Position numbers and translations under genes: made by a program
Shown: piece after piece, positions 61,425-64,000 of the stretch
Layout of the letters: the number at the start of each line of letters is the position of its first letter
How positions within the stretch are numbered: position 1 is the first letter of the stretch
Notes under the pieces: generated by a model
What the model saw: only the letters and a program-made list of their open reading frames with translations
Databases searched by the model: none
Told to the model about the DNA's origin: nothing
Assembly (NCBI GenBank): GCA_951406725.2
Contig: OX597817.1
Location: forward strand, 133,548,001 to 133,612,000
DNA length: 64,000 nt
Reading direction: 5' to 3'
Origin: Octopus vulgaris
Taxonomy: Eukaryota

Positions 61425-63434
61425 TTCTTTTCTGGATTTTCCTGTTTTCTGGAGACAGTCTAAATATATACTTAAAATATAAAATAAAGTAAGAAAAGTA
61501 AAACACCAACTTTAACAGATTTAAATTAATACACTACTAAAGCAGGGTCTGTTTGATATTTTTTAATCCACTTAAAATTCATAAAATATATCATAGTGCA
61601 CCATGTATACAGTATAATGATTACAGGATGAAAATTAACGGAAGGAAAGTAACAAACATGATTTTTGTTAACTGATATAGGCACAGATTAATACAATTCT
61701 GAAGTAGAGTATGTTTAATTTTTTATCAGTCTATATAAAAAAAAATAGTAAAAAAACAAAACTACTTTTAACATACTGTATGCAAATTAACCAGCTTCAT
61801 AAGCAGGGTCTGTTAACTTAATGTAGGGTACAGTATATTGCATAATATTGTTCAGTATTCCAAGATTTCTGGAAATTCTGGATAAAAGGTCAGGTACTGT
61901 AATAATAATGATGATGGGTATGATGACAAAAGATCTTGACCATAGCTATGAATCTGATCTGTTCTTTGGCTAAAGTAATAGTAACACATTAATTTTAATA
62001 GTTGTGATCTACACTCCATGTTGTGCTAGCTAGAATTACATATCTATCTAAGAAAGAAAGACAGACACAAACAAATTTAAAAAAAAAAACAATACCCATC
62101 TGTGTGTGTGTGCTTGCATGTCTGTGTATGTATGTGTGTGTGTTAGCAAACATTTTTGCAACTTAAGAACAAATGCTTCACACCATAACCGCACCACATC
62201 CTGATTTGACTCACCTGCTTTACCACCACCACCACCACCACAACACACACGCACAAACAAACAAAAATTAACAATTTATTGATGAGTGAAAAAGATTCAT
62301 CTCAGAGTCCTAGTTCGCTGCTTAAATAATGGATATTAATTACAGATAAATCTTATAAGGCTTCCCTCACAGCATAATTATACTGGGTAGATGGGGGGGG
62401 GGGGGGCATAGGCTAGAGGAAAATAACAGGAAAGAATGAATCTGAGAACATTTTGTAATAAAATCTTTGCAGTTGATTATTATTATTGTTGTCATTGTTG
62501 TTAGTTTTTATTATAATTATTTTTTTTTGTGATTATTCACATCATTATTGTTATTATTATTATTATTATTATCATCATCATCATCATCTTTATTATTGAT
62601 GTTGATTTCTTATCAACCATGGAGCGCAACTAATTCAATAAGCTATAAATAGAACTCTTGTAAGGAAATTTCTACTCTTTCTATTACAGTTCTTTTACTT
62701 CATCTTCCTTTACCATATCCATACTATTTTTATTCTTAATTATTTTTTTTTCCTATTTTATATTTAGATCTTTCTCAGTTATTGAATATTGCTTTTGCTA
62801 TTTGATTCTTGATTAGGAAAAAAGCAAAGAGAGAATTAAAGAGAGAGAGAGAGAGAGAGAGAGTAAAAAGAAGGGGAAATGCAGCAAAAGAAGAAAAAGA
62901 AAATAAAAAGTAAAAATAAAGAAAATCATAGAACTCGGAAAGACTCAGAAAAATGTCAAAATAATCAATAAAAATGCATTTTCACATTTTCATATATGAT
63001 ACATATTAAAGAATTTAGGTTACAAATACTGTTCATCAATAAAATATATTATTAGCTATTTTTATAAAATGCCTCAGATACAGTATGAACAAGGATTTCA
63101 AGGGTATCTTGTTTGTATTGTGGTTTTAATCTCTGGGGGAGTTGAGTCATGAGATAGATAAAGGGTCAGTTGGGTTTATTTGTAGTACCCAATTGCAGTA
63201 TTACATTTATATCTTCACATATGTTTAATGTGTAACCTGCAAATCCATGAATATAAACCTTGTAAACATCAGGCAAAGTAGTCATGCTAATCTTGTTTCC
63301 TACAACAGCAACTGCATAATTTATAAAAGATAAAAAAACAAAAAGAACACATTCACTCTACAATCACAAATGCTACTGCACTCTTCATCCCCATCAAATA
63401 TGAGCAGCATACTACTAGAATCTTTACAATCATT

Positions 63435-63662
63435 TTAACCCTTTTGTTACTGTATTTATTTTTAGATGCTCTGTGTTTCTTTCAATTACTTTAAATATAA
63501 CAAAGAATTTAGTAAAATAACTTAGTTATCATTCAGCTAGTGTTAGGAACATAAATTGTGACTAAGATTTGGTGGAAGATTTTAATTCAAAACTTATGAA
63601 AACAGGACATTTGTACTCAGAGCCAGAGCTAGTTTCAGTCAGGTTCGTAATGAAAGGTTTAA
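63435..63662. mobile_element. TTAA-flanked MITE (piggyBac-like)
   Basis: TTAA-cccttttgttac ... gtaatgaaaggt-TTAA (9/12 TIR match). Confidence 0.65.
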
Positions 63663-64000
63663 ATGCTAAGCCTTATCCTCTCCTGACAAATGTGCATCTT
63701 TAACATTACAAACACCATATCTCAAAGTCTGGTGTTTCCTCTTCTGAATTATTTCAGCCCTCAACAGCTGCTAACTCTCTTCAAAGTTTAGATGAGATTT
63801 GCAATGGTATGTTGCTCCCAAAGATGAGATAGACTATGCTGTACACACACAGACATCATAGACTTCATTCTCATGGCACCAGCATACAAAATGGAAAAGC
63901 TCCAGAGGATAGTGAAGGAGATGCATTGGAACAGCCATCCTGATTCACCAGGCTTGCACTTGCAGACGTCAGTCTCTGCCCTGTTAGCTGTGAGCTGGGG

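Overview
AT-rich, microsatellite-dense eukaryotic non-coding DNA (intron or intergenic). The repeat families and microsatellite load look like a coleoid cephalopod, probably an octopus; this is recognition from memory, not a search. I see no intact host gene, exon, rRNA, genuine tRNA or CRISPR array, and nearly all listed ORFs are microsatellite or repeat artefacts. The window is a mosaic of: tRNA-headed SINEs; an RTE-LINE-derived (GAT)n-tailed family; LINE relics (RTE, CR1, CR1/Jockey-group); and DNA-transposon relics (Tigger/pogo, maT-type Tc1/mariner, hAT with 8-bp TSD, TTAA MITEs). The most striking hidden layer is about ten minimal type I hammerhead-ribozyme motifs (CUGANGA...GAAA-short stem III-NUH) from several unrelated families. 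Many sit in 100-450 bp fold-back inverted repeats next to (TA)n, which resembles Penelope-like element pseudo-LTRs or retrozymes. One fold-back turns exactly at the predicted self-cleavage site. One family couples a tRNA-like Pol III module to a hammerhead. Family labels A-D are my own working names, and repeat boundaries are approximate.
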